The notes under the pieces are model-generated. The model was not told the DNA's origin and ran no database searches. It was given only the letters and a program-made list of their open reading frames with translations. The translations under genes and the position numbers were made by a program. A stretch of 64,000 nucleotides of DNA from Tubulanus polymorphus. Its lineage: Eukaryota; Animalia; Nemertea. Shown one piece after another: positions 12,378 through 38,461 of this stretch. Position 1 is the stretch's first letter, and each line of letters begins with the position of its first letter. The stretch spans positions 21,634,345 to 21,698,344 of the forward strand of contig NC_134028.1 in the NCBI RefSeq assembly GCF_964204645.1, read 5' to 3'.

Positions 12378-13028
12378 ATGAGTTTTAATAAAAGTTTTGT
12401 TATTAAAATGAAGACAGAAGAAGAAGAACCCAACTTTAAAATCGAAATAAAAGAAACCAATAAATCATTTTCATTATTTAACATTAAAAATTATATTTCA
12501 GCAACAAATTTAGTGTCCGCAAGGTATTATAAAATTGATGACATTACTATGATTAATCAAATATCATCAAATGAAACATATTTAATTACTGAACTAATTG
12601 ATACTTTTGATAATGGAATAAAAAATCCTAAATTGTTCAATACAGTTTTAAATTTTAAAGGAACTTTAGATGAAAACATAATTAATATTCTTAAAACTCC
12701 TTTCAATGAAAGAAATGATGATATAATACTTTCAAAAGATTACAATGATTTGATTAACTTAAGAATTGAAAAAAGACAATTATATTATTTCAATTTTGAT
12801 AATAAACAAATTATCTATAATGAAAATTCATCAAATATTGGAATTCAATGTGAATTAGATAATGAAAAATCATTTAAAGATATTGCAGTTCAATGTAATT
12901 TAGATAATGAATTTAGAAAATTCAATCCTAATGAAAAAGTGCATTGTTATTGCGGAGGTAAATATTTAAAATCACATAAATCAAAGCATTATGAAACAAT
13001 TAAACATAAAAACTGGCGTAAAGAGTAA
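12378..13028 (+). CDS. Intronless 216-aa protein with C-terminal CxC...H...H zinc-finger-like motif, carried by the element
   Basis: Uninterrupted ORF in very AT-rich DNA where stops would be frequent by chance; N/K/I-rich composition; ends HCYCGGKYLKSHKSKHYETIKH. Confidence 0.6.
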   Translation: MSFNKSFVIKMKTEEEEPNFKIEIKETNKSFSLFNIKNYISATNLVSARYYKIDDITMINQISSNETYLITELIDTFDNGIKNPKLFNTVLNFKGTLDENIINILKTPFNERNDDIILSKDYNDLINLRIEKRQLYYFNFDNKQIIYNENSSNIGIQCELDNEKSFKDIAVQCNLDNEFRKFNPNEKVHCYCGGKYLKSHKSKHYETIKHKNWRKE

Positions 13029-13080
13029 CAATTCTACATTATAATTATTGAATTGAGTTAAATGATTTAAATATCTAATA

Positions 13081-14687
13081 GACTGTTAAAATGATAAATT
13101 GTTTGACAGTTGAAATGATAAATTGTTTGACAGTTGAAATGATAAATTGTTTGACAGTTGAAATGATAAATTGTTTGACAGTTGAAATGATAAATTGTTT
13201 GACAGTTGAAATGATAAATTGTTTGACAGTTGAAATGATAAATTGTTCGACTGTTGAAATGATAAGACAGTTGAAATGATAAATTGTTTGACAGTTGAAA
13301 TGATAAATTGTTTGACAGTTGAAATGATAAATTGTTTGACAGTTGAAATGATAAATTGTTTGACAGTTGAAATGATAAGACAGTTGAAATGATAAATTGT
13401 TTGACAGTTGAAATGATAAATTGTTTGACAGTTAAAATGATAAATTGTTTGACAGTTGAAATGATAAATTGTTTGACAGTTGAAATGATAAATTGTTTGA
13501 CAGTTGAAATGATAAATTGTTTGACCAGTTGAAATGATAAATTGTTTGACAGTTGAAATGATAAATTGTTTGACAGTTGAAATGATAAATTGTTTGACAT
13601 TTGAAATGATAAATTGTTTGACAGTTAAAATGATAAATTGTTTGACAGTTGAAATGATAAATTGTTTGACAGTTGAAATGATAAATTGTTTGACAGTTGA
13701 AATGATAAATTTTTTGACAGTTGAAATGATAAATTGTTTGACAGTTGAAATGATAAATTGTTTGACAGTTGAAATGATAAATTGTTTGACAGTTGAAATG
13801 ATAAATTGTTTGACAGTTGAAATGATAAATTGTTCGACTGTTGAAATGATAAGACAGTTGAAATGATAAATTGTTTGACAGTTGGAATGATAAATTGTTT
13901 GACAGTTGAAATGATAAATTGTTTGACAGTTGAAATGATAAATTGTTTGACTGTTGAAATGATAAATTGTTTGACAGTTGAAATGATAAATTGTTTGACA
14001 GTTGAAATGATAAATTGTTTGACAGTTGAAATGTTAAATTGTTTGACAGTTGAAATGTTAAATTGTTTGACAGTTGAAATGATAAATTGTTTGACAGTTG
14101 AAATGATAAATTGTTTGACAGTTGAAATGATAAATTGTTTGACAGTTGAAATGATAAATTGTTTGACAGTTGAAATGATAAATTGTTTGACAGTTGAAAT
14201 GATAAATTTTTTGACAGTTGAAATGATAAATTGTTTGACAGTTGAAATGATAAATTGTTTGACAGTTGAAATGATAAATTGTTTGACAGTTGAAATGATA
14301 AATTGTTTGACAGTTGAAATGATAAATTGTTCGACTGTTGAAATGATAAGACAGTTGAAATGATAAATTGTTTGACAGTTGAAATGATAAATTGTTTGAC
14401 AGTTGAAATGATAAATTGTTTGACTGTTGAAATGATAAATTGTTTGACAGTTGAAATGATAAATTGTTTGACAGTTGAAATGATAAATTGTTTGACAGTT
14501 GAAATGTTAAATTGTTTGACAGTTGAAATGTTAAATTGTTTGACAGTTGAAATGATAAATTGTTTGACAGTTGAAATGATAAATTGTTTGACAGTTGAAA
14601 TGATAAATTGTTTGACAGTTGAAATGATAAATTGTTTGACAGTTGAAATGATAAATTGTTTGACAGTTGAAATGATAAATTGTTTGA
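13081..14687. repeat. 24-bp satellite (gttgaaatgataaattgtttgaca)n, roughly 65-70 units, with 17-bp deletion variants
   Basis: Directly visible; variant gttgaaatgataagaca near 13253, 13366, 13840 and 14337. Confidence 0.97.
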
Positions 14688-17480
14688 ATTGAATTACTTC
14701 ACTCACACTTTTATATTGAATAATCTATCAATTTATATGTTATTCATATATATTTTATTCATGTATATAAATATTTTAAGAGTAATAGGGGTAATGGGCT
14801 TTCAGGTTAAAGGTTGAATGGTCGAGTTCATTAAAAAATGAAAAATATGAAAATAATAACAATTTCTACTTGAATTAGGAGTGAAACTCATAAAAAATGA
14901 AAAATAATTCTCACACGCTCGAATTTATTTCACTCACACTTTACTCACACTTTTTTCTAGCGAGTAAAAATGAAAAATAAATTCGAGTGTGTGAGAATTA
15001 TTTTTCATTTTTTATGAGTTTCGCGACTAATTCAAGTAGAAATTGTTATTATTTTCATATTTTTCATTTTTTATGAGCTCGACCGTTCGACCTTTGGCCT
15101 GAAAGCCCATTACCCCTATTACTAACTCCATTACAATTACATTGAAAATATTATCAATTGAAATGATAAGACAGGTAAAAACCGTCAACTTGAGGGTAGC
15201 CTTAGAGGTATTTAAGAATATGTGATCTCCTGACTTTACCCGCAGGAACTCAAATATATGCGGCCGGCTGATATATTCGGTAGAAATCAGGGTGAATTAG
15301 AGAGGTTCTATGTGTTGAAACTGGATGTGTTACATGGCATGGGACACTTGATTAACAAGACTACCAATGATTTAGTAAACTTAAAACGAAATTCAACGAG
15401 AAAGTAATATTTTGTTTTAGCCTGCATCGACCACAACAGTAAAAGAATTTAAGAAAACAAGTCTTTCATAACTAAACCAATCGAAATAGCGTTTATTATT
15501 CCACAGATATTCTATAAAGCCACACCACAAGAGCATCAAGATAAAACATCTTGCACACATCACTTATCATAATGTATTGAGCATTTTTTTAACTATTATG
15601 TATAGACTATTGGCACGTATCACTTGGTTAGCCAAACTAAATCATTACTATTTTAATAATCATATCAATGCACACGAACACAGTTGACTCTGCTGAAGTC
15701 GAATCTTTCAGGGTGCGTATATTCTCAGCTTCTTTTCTGACCTGAGCAAAATTCATTTCAGAAAGTTTAAGTTGCCAGGTCGCACTTAACAGGAGCAAAC
15801 TTAACCCTGTTATCAACCGTTCAGATAAACACAGGTTAAGTGTGGATGATCAATCAAATATTAGTAGAATGATGATAATCGATGTAATGAATGTCTGAGG
15901 GGTTCAGGGTCCAGAAAGTAGGTTAATACCTGTATAAAGTTCACACACCCTACGAAAGACAATCCTGTATCATCAATCCATTTTAACACATACATAACCA
16001 TAATGTACATACGATATGCTGGACAAAAATAAACAGTAAAACCTACCTACACAACCCTGAGGATCTTTTTCAGAACTCAAGTGCTAATCTGGACAAATGT
16101 GACATTGTAAGTATGGTCTAATAGTTCAAAACGTTGAACGACCTACAACGAAATTTATTTGGCCACAAAAATTGACTTGAACAGCCTTGACTGTATTTCC
16201 TTTCTCAAACACGGCAATGTGAATAATAATATAATAACATTCTTGGTTCATTTTTGCATGGCCTTATACACGCGTGTACATATGGCACATCAATAATACT
16301 ATTTGGTATGATTATCTAAATAGCATCTCTAAACAGACACCACCACAGAATATTTCATTCATCTTCCAAATCTTTTCGTCAAGAATATCTATGTACAAAC
16401 GAAACTTAAAATCACAATTTCTGTCAATCAACATAAAAAAAATAATAATCAGAGAACATCACACTATATGAACAACATTTATGCATCATTTGCCCTGAGT
16501 GCGGAACTATTACTAACATGGCAATCATCAATAGGGAGCATTCATTACATTCGTTCCGGAACCACAGATTTTGATTCTATCTTGTGTGTGTGCATAACGT
16601 ACTATCCTACCACAGATTAGCGGCGTTAAAAAATGGTCTCAAGCTACTGTCTAAAAGATGTAAATAGACAATAACAAGACCATCGTACTAAACTCTTCTA
16701 TTCAGTACCATTCAGCATCTTTCATTAGAGTTATGCTGTCAACCATAAAGTGCATATGCTAAATGTACCGTAAATAGCTCTAAGCTATCATATACACAGT
16801 TCATACACTTTTTAGTCATAGCTACTGCTCTGGTTCGTCATGTACTCAATGAAAGCACCCTGACCCATATTCAAACAGACCCATATATGCGTCTAGCATT
16901 AACTCTAAAATTTAAGACTGGCCACTATTAAGTGGGCTGCTATAAACATACATAGTTATGTACAACCAATCAAACCTGATTAAGCAGAGGTTTTGAATGT
17001 ATCCGATTTTCATATTCACTGGGATATTCCCATCATCTTGAGATTCTGATGTATTCAACGAATCTTGTCAAAATAAGGCACACAGGATCCCTACTCGGAT
17101 AGAGCGCCATCTAGCCCCTCCCCTTTCCTTGTCTACCATGTACTACTGATTTACTTTTAACTTGGAGAGTGAAGAATCAACTACAATAGACCCAGCTTAA
17201 TCCTGAAGAGTTTAATCTGGATTTTGACCTAATCCAGATATTTTATAAGGTCCATTGATAGGTGATTGCATGTAAATGTGAACTGGATGAATTTCATTTG
17301 TTTAAAACTGTCCAGATAAAGGAGGGTCGACTGTAGGGCTTTAAATAGGCCATTTTGCGTATGTCAAGTATTAAGAGCATATAAAAGGGAGCTATATTCA
17401 TGAAGCAGGGAACTTTACCGCAAAAAATTAAACCAACTTTTGTCCAACTGATTTTGCGGAAAAAGCTCCTCATCAAATAC

Positions 17481-17935
17481 TTAAGCCTAGCGTACATCGA
17501 CACTGCGATTGGAGACAACTAGTTGCCGGGCTGTTTTCATGAGAGGAACTGGCTGGATACAATCAGTTGCTCGAATTTGTTGATGTGAGCGAGCTAACGA
17601 CTGGATAGCGTCCATCTATCTCCAGTTCTAGCCAGTTGCCGATGTTCTACTTTTGAGCAACTAGTTGTACTCAGTTACTGTCAGTCATATCCGTCGATGT
17701 AAGCGCTCTATAATCAAAAACACATGATTGCAACTGACTAAAACAAAGCAATTTGTCACGTGATTCGAGATGCTCTGAGAATATTTGCTAGATTACACAT
17801 CTCAGTTGCTGTCGACGTGTGCGCTATGGACCTAGCGACCAATATGAGCCACCCAGTTGCTGGTTTTTACTAGATTTTCGATCTGCGCGGGGTACTCGCG
17901 CACTAGCAACTAGTTGTAGATGTACGCTTAGCTTA
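17481..17935. mobile_element. MITE flanked by TTAA
   Basis: ttaa-gcctagcgtacatc ... gatgtacgcttagc-ttaa; internal caactagttg motifs. Confidence 0.6.
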
Positions 17936-18020
17936 AAGGTGAAGGTTAATAATATCCTGTAGATGCGGTCTCATAATCGATCAGGTACAGTTTGGTGATG
18001 ATCGTCATCACGGTCACGCG

Positions 18021-31844
<13,824 letters not shown>

Positions 31845-32470
31845 CACGGCGGCGGCTGAGTGGCAGCGGTCCTAACGCGACGATAACACGAGTGATAATA
31901 AACAACAGCATGTGAGTTGACTTGTGTCTAATCTGTCAGATTGATTAGATAAACTTACTGACCTTGATCAGCTGATTGACAACCGAGACTAGCTATGCGA
32001 AACGTCGACTGAGACCCACCAATTCTCGTGGCCAAGATCGGCAAAACCCATATCAATTTATGTTTATCATTGAAATATATCAGAATTTTCACCTCTTTAT
32101 GCGGTTTATTTCTACATTTCAAGAAATTTTCATCGATTCATATTGCGGCAACGTTTTTACCAGAAACGACGAATGAAGTGAAAAATCTTATTTTCGCTAA
32201 AAATGAATAGCATTCTGATAGAAATAATTCGTATAATGGGTTTTGTCCCGATTTTACCTATAGTAGACGTTCTTTGCGGAAGACTTGGCAATTTCCCCGT
32301 TACTGAACATTTCAAAAACCATCTTTTTACGTTTATTCGGTTTTGTGTGATACTTAGTCTGACTATGTGAACGGCGAATCTCAAGGTCGTTGCGCTAAAA
32401 AAGTTTTTTTTTCCGATTTTTGCAGGATTTTCTTGTTTTAACGTAAAACTTCTCGCTCAAATTGATTTTG
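31845..32470. promoter_or_regulatory. Probable bidirectional promoter between ETNPPL-like and JMJD8
   Basis: Divergent start codons only ~630 bp apart. Confidence 0.55.
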
Positions 32471-32691
32471 ATGGATCTACTATTGCGGCTACCAGTATTT
32501 GGTATCTTAGTTATTCTTCGTACGTCAATAGCAGATCATTTTCATGACGATGGGGGCTGGTACGTTTACCCACACCGCCCAGGGGGCTCCTCCATCCAGC
32601 CTGTGCCGGGTGCCTGTGCTGTGGACGATGACGTGTGTCGTGAGTGTGGTTGGTTGTATATCAGAATGTGACCCTATGTAGTATGTGTGTG

Positions 32692-32735
<44 letters not shown>

Positions 32736-35700
32736 TGTGTCGGTGCGTGTTGAAAATAATGTAAATAAAAACAAAAAGTTTCAATAACAATTGATAGGTA
32801 TTTTGGCAGGTGATATTTTTCCAATAGCAATGCCATAATGCTGCATTATTCCTGTTAATGCTAATTGCCAATGGCTCATTCTGATTAGCTAATTTACTAT
32901 GCGCGTGCACACTGACTGAGGTGCGTGATTTAGAAAGTTGAAGGGAAGTGTGGAGAACATGTTCGAGAAAATAAAGCGAAAAGAGAGCAGTATTCGAACC
33001 CTGGGCCAGAAAATCGCTAGCGTAGAATCTTTCCATTAGACCACCGAGGCTCATGGAATCCCACTGAATGTTTTAACTAAATAAAGCACTCAACCTTACG
33101 CTTTCCCTACTTCGACCCTATCGAAACCCATCTTCCCTTGCCAGGTTTTGATGCCACCCGCTGAAGCTCTCGTTACCACAAACCCTAGCCGGAGACCCAT
33201 CATTCGTCTATTACATTGCCCACGATTTCTTGGCAGGTTGCCGCCAATTGGCCATTATAGGCCTATCTCTGGCAAAATAGCGTTTACACAAATAATGCAG
33301 CTTTAGCAATATATAATAATAATTGACATTTATATAGCGCAGGTATCCAAACTAGAGTCTGTTCAAATGCTCTCCAAACTTGGTATTATTACCCCCAGCC
33401 TATAACTCTATTCCATGTATCAGTCATCTCCCTGGGGAGACGTAACATCCGAGCAGCTGTTAGGCGCTCAGGAGTCATCTATCAGACCAGGTACCCATTT
33501 ACTCCTGGGTGGAGAGAGGCAATGAGGATAAGTGTCTTGCCCGAGGACACTACGGCAATGTACGGGGTTCGAACCCACGACCTGGCTTCCCAGAGCTGAA
33601 CGCTCTAAACAACTCGGCCACACTGCTCCACAATATATCCACTTCCTAAATCGTAATTTCATGCGTTTGACTTTGATAGGCATACTGATCGGAATGGTCA
33701 AATAGCTGAAGAAGGACCTTGTCATATTGAAGTGAGAGGTAAAGATCTGACGAATCAAGAATTTCTGAACAGGTACAAACATTAATTTCTGTTCAATACG
33801 GCGGGCCCAATCCTTTAACCTTCTTGTTTCAGTTATTGTCGTTCAGTGTTTATGGACGCAGATAAAGGGGGTGTATGAATCTCTTGATGTTCCAAAGATC
33901 GGCCATGAAACCTTCACATGTTGGTATATTTTTGCTATCGTTACAGGTATGCATTTACAAAACCAGTGGTGCTCAAAGATTTTAGTAATAACAAGAATTT
34001 CCTACAGTTAACCAGGAGAAAGCATTTACTCGAAAATTATGGTCATAAGAAAATCAAACTCAGTACAGCGAACACACATTCTTATGATAAACGTAAGTTT
34101 TAGTCATTCTGGGGCAGAAAAACCCTGTAAGTTAACCATGGTTAGTAAAGTGTGGTTAGATGTAAATGGGCGCAGGAAAACACTGTTAGCTAACCACAAT
34201 TCTCTCTTATTTTAAGCTGCTTAGCCTAATCGCGGATAAGCCACTAACCACCGTTAGGCAAACAGGGTTTTCCTGTCCCCACCCTTGACTTTTCATCGTA
34301 CCGTCAAGTTCTAGGTTATTTTTGGACTGAAAAATTCTCTGTATTTGTACAGATGAGGTTAACACATCTCTAGCATGTTTGGTTCAATGCCGGTACTATC
34401 CTGAATTCCGACACGGTAGCGGTTTTAATGCATTTCAGATCATTCGGACCATAAAAATACTACAACTTGAGCGATTTGAAAAATCTTAATTTCGCGACGG
34501 ATATTTTTTCGAAAATAGGAAGGCAAAAACGAGACCTCCACATTTCGCTTTGAGTTGAACAGCGTTTATCTGATTGATTTGGATTTCGATTTTTGCAGAA
34601 ACGGTTTCGTTGAAAACTTACGTCAATGATTACCTGAAACCGCAGTCGCTAGACGCACTCGGTAACGAAACTCTTTATTGGTTCGGTGATAACGACTTCG
34701 AAGATTGGAGCGGATTTTTCGAACGATACAATCGTCCTGCGTTGTATATTCCCAGGTTGACTGGTGCTTTGAGCTACGGAATTGCCGGTAATTTCATTAT
34801 TTATTCGCGCATCAATCTTGTTTGACACTATCACCATCTTCCCAATTTCACGTGAGTTCAGCACTTCATTGATAATTGAAATGAACTATTGTGGACATAG
34901 GTAATAATGATTTGTCAGTTATCAAAAACATAGAACTTCATTCCAACAATAGAACGATTCGAATTACAATGTCATACTAGTTTTGATGACCCCTGGCCCT
35001 CGTTTCGCAAAAAAGAATTAGGCCTAATAGATTTAAGAATTAATAATCCATTATGTGCAACTCTAGCCTGAAGTTGTTATGAGGTTTTGCTATCTTTTTA
35101 GGGTACTTTTTAATTTTTAGTTACATTACCGGTATGCCTTAAAGTTTTTAGAAATTATACCAGTAACATAAGAAATCTTGTCAAACATCATTTGAATAAC
35201 AGAATCAAGTATTCTTTTTTGACAGGTCCAGGAACAGGTGTTCCTTTTCATTGGCACGGAGCAGGATTTGCCGAAGTTCTCTATGGTAGAAAGGTAGGTT
35301 TGTTGTCAATAAGATGATGATTATCAGCGCAGTCAAGTTCCATGAAAAACATTTAACTCAGATTTTTACAGTAGAACTCACTTAATTCGTATTACCTGCA
35401 AATTAAACAAAATCCTCTCTCATGTGCTCTCATTTGAATAAAAATAACCTAAGAGGGCACTGAAAGTAGGGGAAAACCCAATCAAAACCACGCCGAATTA
35501 AGCAAGTTATACTATTTAGTGGTCATTTCATAAACCCAGTGTAAGTCCAGATCTTTTTTTTGGAACCAGGGTTTCCTGCTGCTTAAGTGAAAATCCTCAA
35601 CAAATTTTATATTGCTAGTACCTAAAGAAAATGGTCCAAAACGTTTTAAAATACTAATCAAGCAGAAATTTGGCTTAAGTAATCAGACTAAAGCGGGCTT

Positions 35701-37062
35701 CACTGTATTTCACCGAGTTGAAAAGATGCATGTACTAAAATTCTAAATGAAATGTAATTTAAAAATTTGGTTGAATTTATTGAGTGGACCAGTCCAGTAT
35801 CAGCTGTGTTTAAACCGGAGATGAATATATTTTTGCAGCGTTGGTTTATGTATCCACCTCATAAAACGCCGAGTTTTCACCCGAATCAAACAACTTTGCA
35901 TTGGTTGATATACGACTATCCGACATTGAGTTACACGCAGAAACCATTGGAATGCACAATCGGACCCGGAGAGGTAAAAAAAATAACACTCCTGCTTAGT
36001 GTGTTATGTAGTATCACACGGTTCCTACAGCCCTCAAAAAATCCTCAAATTCCAAAATTCAATTTTTTGATGGTATAAAAACCCTCAAATTCTAAGTTTG
36101 AGCCCTTGGCCCCTCTAATACCCCTCAAATTCTGAAAATGTGCCACTATAGAAAAATAGAAAATCTTATTAATGACATACGTATTTAAGGTTGACTCATT
36201 CAAACAATCCTAGATTTGTCCTTGTATTCATTCATCGGTTAAAATACAGTTACTTGAAGTTCATAGTTGGTCTTAAAACACCCCTCTGATCGCAGTGATT
36301 ATACCCTCTGAAGGCAGCCTCAAAGGTCCTGTAGGAACCCCGTACCAGGTATCAGATCAAAGGTAGTTCTAGAAAGTGAACTGATCGCTCTCGATAAGGT
36401 TCTTTGTTGATATAGACTTCATCGTTATAATCTGCAAATTAGAAACTGATCAGATCCTCTCTGAAATTGCATATTTTTGGTTGTATGTGTTCCTTCATTA
36501 ATTGTCTAACCTGCAGTCTAATTGGTAGCCTGCAGCGTTGCTGCTTTATCTAGGGAATGAATGCCCTTTCTTATCTTATGGACCCGAACTTCCAATCTTT
36601 AGCGTTGTGTTGATCTCCTCTCTCTTGTGCTTCGGGTACCGAGTGGATCAAACCCTTAGAGGACAAACGATGAACTTCGATATAGCACATCTTTATTTTT
36701 CCATCTCAAACACGCTTCTCTATGGCGTCCACGCTCCCTCTACAAAATCACGTGACCTTTACGTCACACAATCAATATTACTATATAACATTAGCCCCTG
36801 AAGTTCATGAACATCTTTAGCCCCTGAAGTCCATGAACTGTTGATATTCTGGCTTTGGAAAATAATTTTAATTATTGAAAATGCTCCAAAACATTGATAG
36901 GATCTACACAGAGATTTGGCTGCAAAAATCTGACTTGTTAATTAAAGAGGGGAATTTGACTTTCTTTCGTTATTCTTTCAGATTATATTTTTCCCGGATC
37001 AATGGTGGCACGCGACTCTCAACATTGATACAAGTGTTTTTATATCGACGTTTCTTGGTTGA
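32471..37062 (+). CDS. JMJD8: JmjC domain-containing protein 8, 7 exons
   Basis: Exons 32471-32559, 33680-33772, 33947-34092, 34599-34787, 35226-35293, 35839-35973, 36982-37062. Signal peptide then DGGW; YAFTKPVVL, LSTANTHSY, LGNETLYWFGDN, GVPFHWHG, YGRKRWFMYPP, PLECTIGPGE, FPDQWWHATLNIDTSVFISTFLG*. Confidence 0.95.
32683..32740. repeat. (TG)n/(TGCG)n microsatellite
   Basis: Directly visible. Confidence 0.9.
32985..33050 (-). mobile_element. tRNA-derived SINE head
   Basis: Minus strand: ggtggtctaatgg (A box) and gggttcgaatac (B box). Confidence 0.45.
33311..33630 (-). mobile_element. tRNA-derived CORE-type SINE with L2-like tail
   Basis: Minus strand: A box tggccgagttg, B box ggttcgaaccc, core gtgtcctcgggcaagacacttatcctcattgcctctctccacccaggagtaaatgggtacc, tail gcgctatataaatgtcaattattattat; degenerate relative at ~6660-6790. 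Confidence 0.8.
36017..36342. mobile_element. MITE
   Basis: TIR cacggttcctacag / ctgtaggaaccccg; internal ccctcaaa repeats. Confidence 0.5.
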
Positions 37063-38461
37063 ATTTAGAAGAAACGAAAATATCATCACGGCTACAATCA
37101 TTATCGTAAAACCCAAACTTAGGTCACCCGTGTGTTTCAGCATCTAGCGAGTTAGTCTGAATACCAATCGTTGTTACGGTTCCCGTACGGCTGGGTACTA
37201 GACTACTAGCGAGCGACACGCTCAAAATACCAGTCATAGACATATCATAATGGTACGATCTGAGTTTGGCTTTTTACCATTTTGCCAACAATAAAATGAT
37301 GATAAGATGTGGGTCATTGTGCTCCTTGCAACCCTGGATTTTACTTTTATTAATTTATACATGTACATTATAACAGTAATAGTTAATAGTTAAATTTCTA
37401 TAGCGCCCTTTACTCTGCGATATGACGTTTCATGGTGTTGTTGATACATGTAGTAAATCTTCACATGCAGCTACAAAATGTATGTGCAAAAACCTTCGGT
37501 ACAGTGCATTTCCATCTTGGTTTTAAAAGCTTCCCGTGTAACGGTGGAGTTCAACCTCTTTTATCTTGTTCAAGAACTGATGCTTTCTACGTGTCGTGTA
37601 TTTATCTGAATCTATTATAGTGTAACGCAAACTTCTTTTGAAGCCATCTGTGAATAAAACTATCAAATTTATTCTTATCAATTTCGCTTTATGTTGTCAG
37701 TTGTTGGTTTTATTTTATTAATCAATGTCAGTTGATCTGTCGCAATGCTTCTGCTCATTATATCAAACCCCCATTGCACATGTACCGGTATATGAATGCT
37801 CACTGACTCGAAGAACCGATCAGGTTTAGGATATTTGTTACCAAGTTACAGAAAGATATGGACTGGATAAGAATATTCGCGGGCTGGGCTAAAGCGGGCT
37901 GGTGGAGCCGGGACTTTGGCCGGGCCAATGATATAGCCGATATTTTCTTTTTTGAAAACGTATTTGCAATAGACTATGAGATCGATGAAACTATGAATCA
38001 GCTGCATCTAAAATTATTAGGATCTACGTATGACATTCATGGCTTAATCGACCTGGGCGCGAATAGCGCTCTACAGCTCTCAGAGCCTTCGAAATGCAAC
38101 GATGTTTTCTCCAACGAACCAATTGAAAAATAGGCGCGAATCTTTCGCGAGGTTAACGCCTCGTGCCATCGGATTTGAGCCGGGCCAAAGTCAACTTGCT
38201 TACGCCGCCAGCCTGTATATAGAGACAGACCATACATGGGACATTTTTTGTCCCCGAGTAAAGTTCGAATACACGTAGTAGATTATTCTGCACAAGTCAT
38301 GACCCTTTTCCAATAATGAACTATGATTTAGGTCAACGTATTTATTCACATAAAGTGAAAACTATGATAGTGACAGACCAGACGACTCGCTCGCAATGGG
38401 AGATAAGAAAACCAAAAGCATACGATAATATCTTCTCTCATCGCGACGCCGACGTGACAAG

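Larger units (their letters stand above)
11840..15123. mobile_element. Element with long inverted ends that are themselves hairpins; encloses an ORF and a satellite (Foldback-, Maverick- or virus-like, class uncertain)
   Basis: 11840-12219 is nearly the exact reverse complement of 14694-15072. Each copy holds an internal palindrome (11840-11937 vs 11982-12079). The right palindrome extends to 14781-15123. Extremely AT-rich compared with the flanks. Confidence 0.75.

Noticed and set aside
13081-14687. CRISPR array
   Set aside because: The 24-bp units are contiguous with no unique spacers, there are no cas genes, and the context is eukaryotic.
13067-14706. Long repetitive ORFs (MINCLTVE, SNNLSFQL, KQFIISTV)
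   Set aside because: These are by-products of a 24-bp unit lacking stops in some frames; the frame shifts at each 17-bp variant.
15200-18020. Additional gene between the element and ETNPPL
   Set aside because: Only short ORFs with no recognisable motifs; compatible with 3' UTR or intergenic DNA plus a MITE.
33545-33630. tRNA gene
   Set aside because: A and B boxes run into a SINE core and tail, with no proper acceptor stem; the same applies to ~31001, ~32985 and ~61900.
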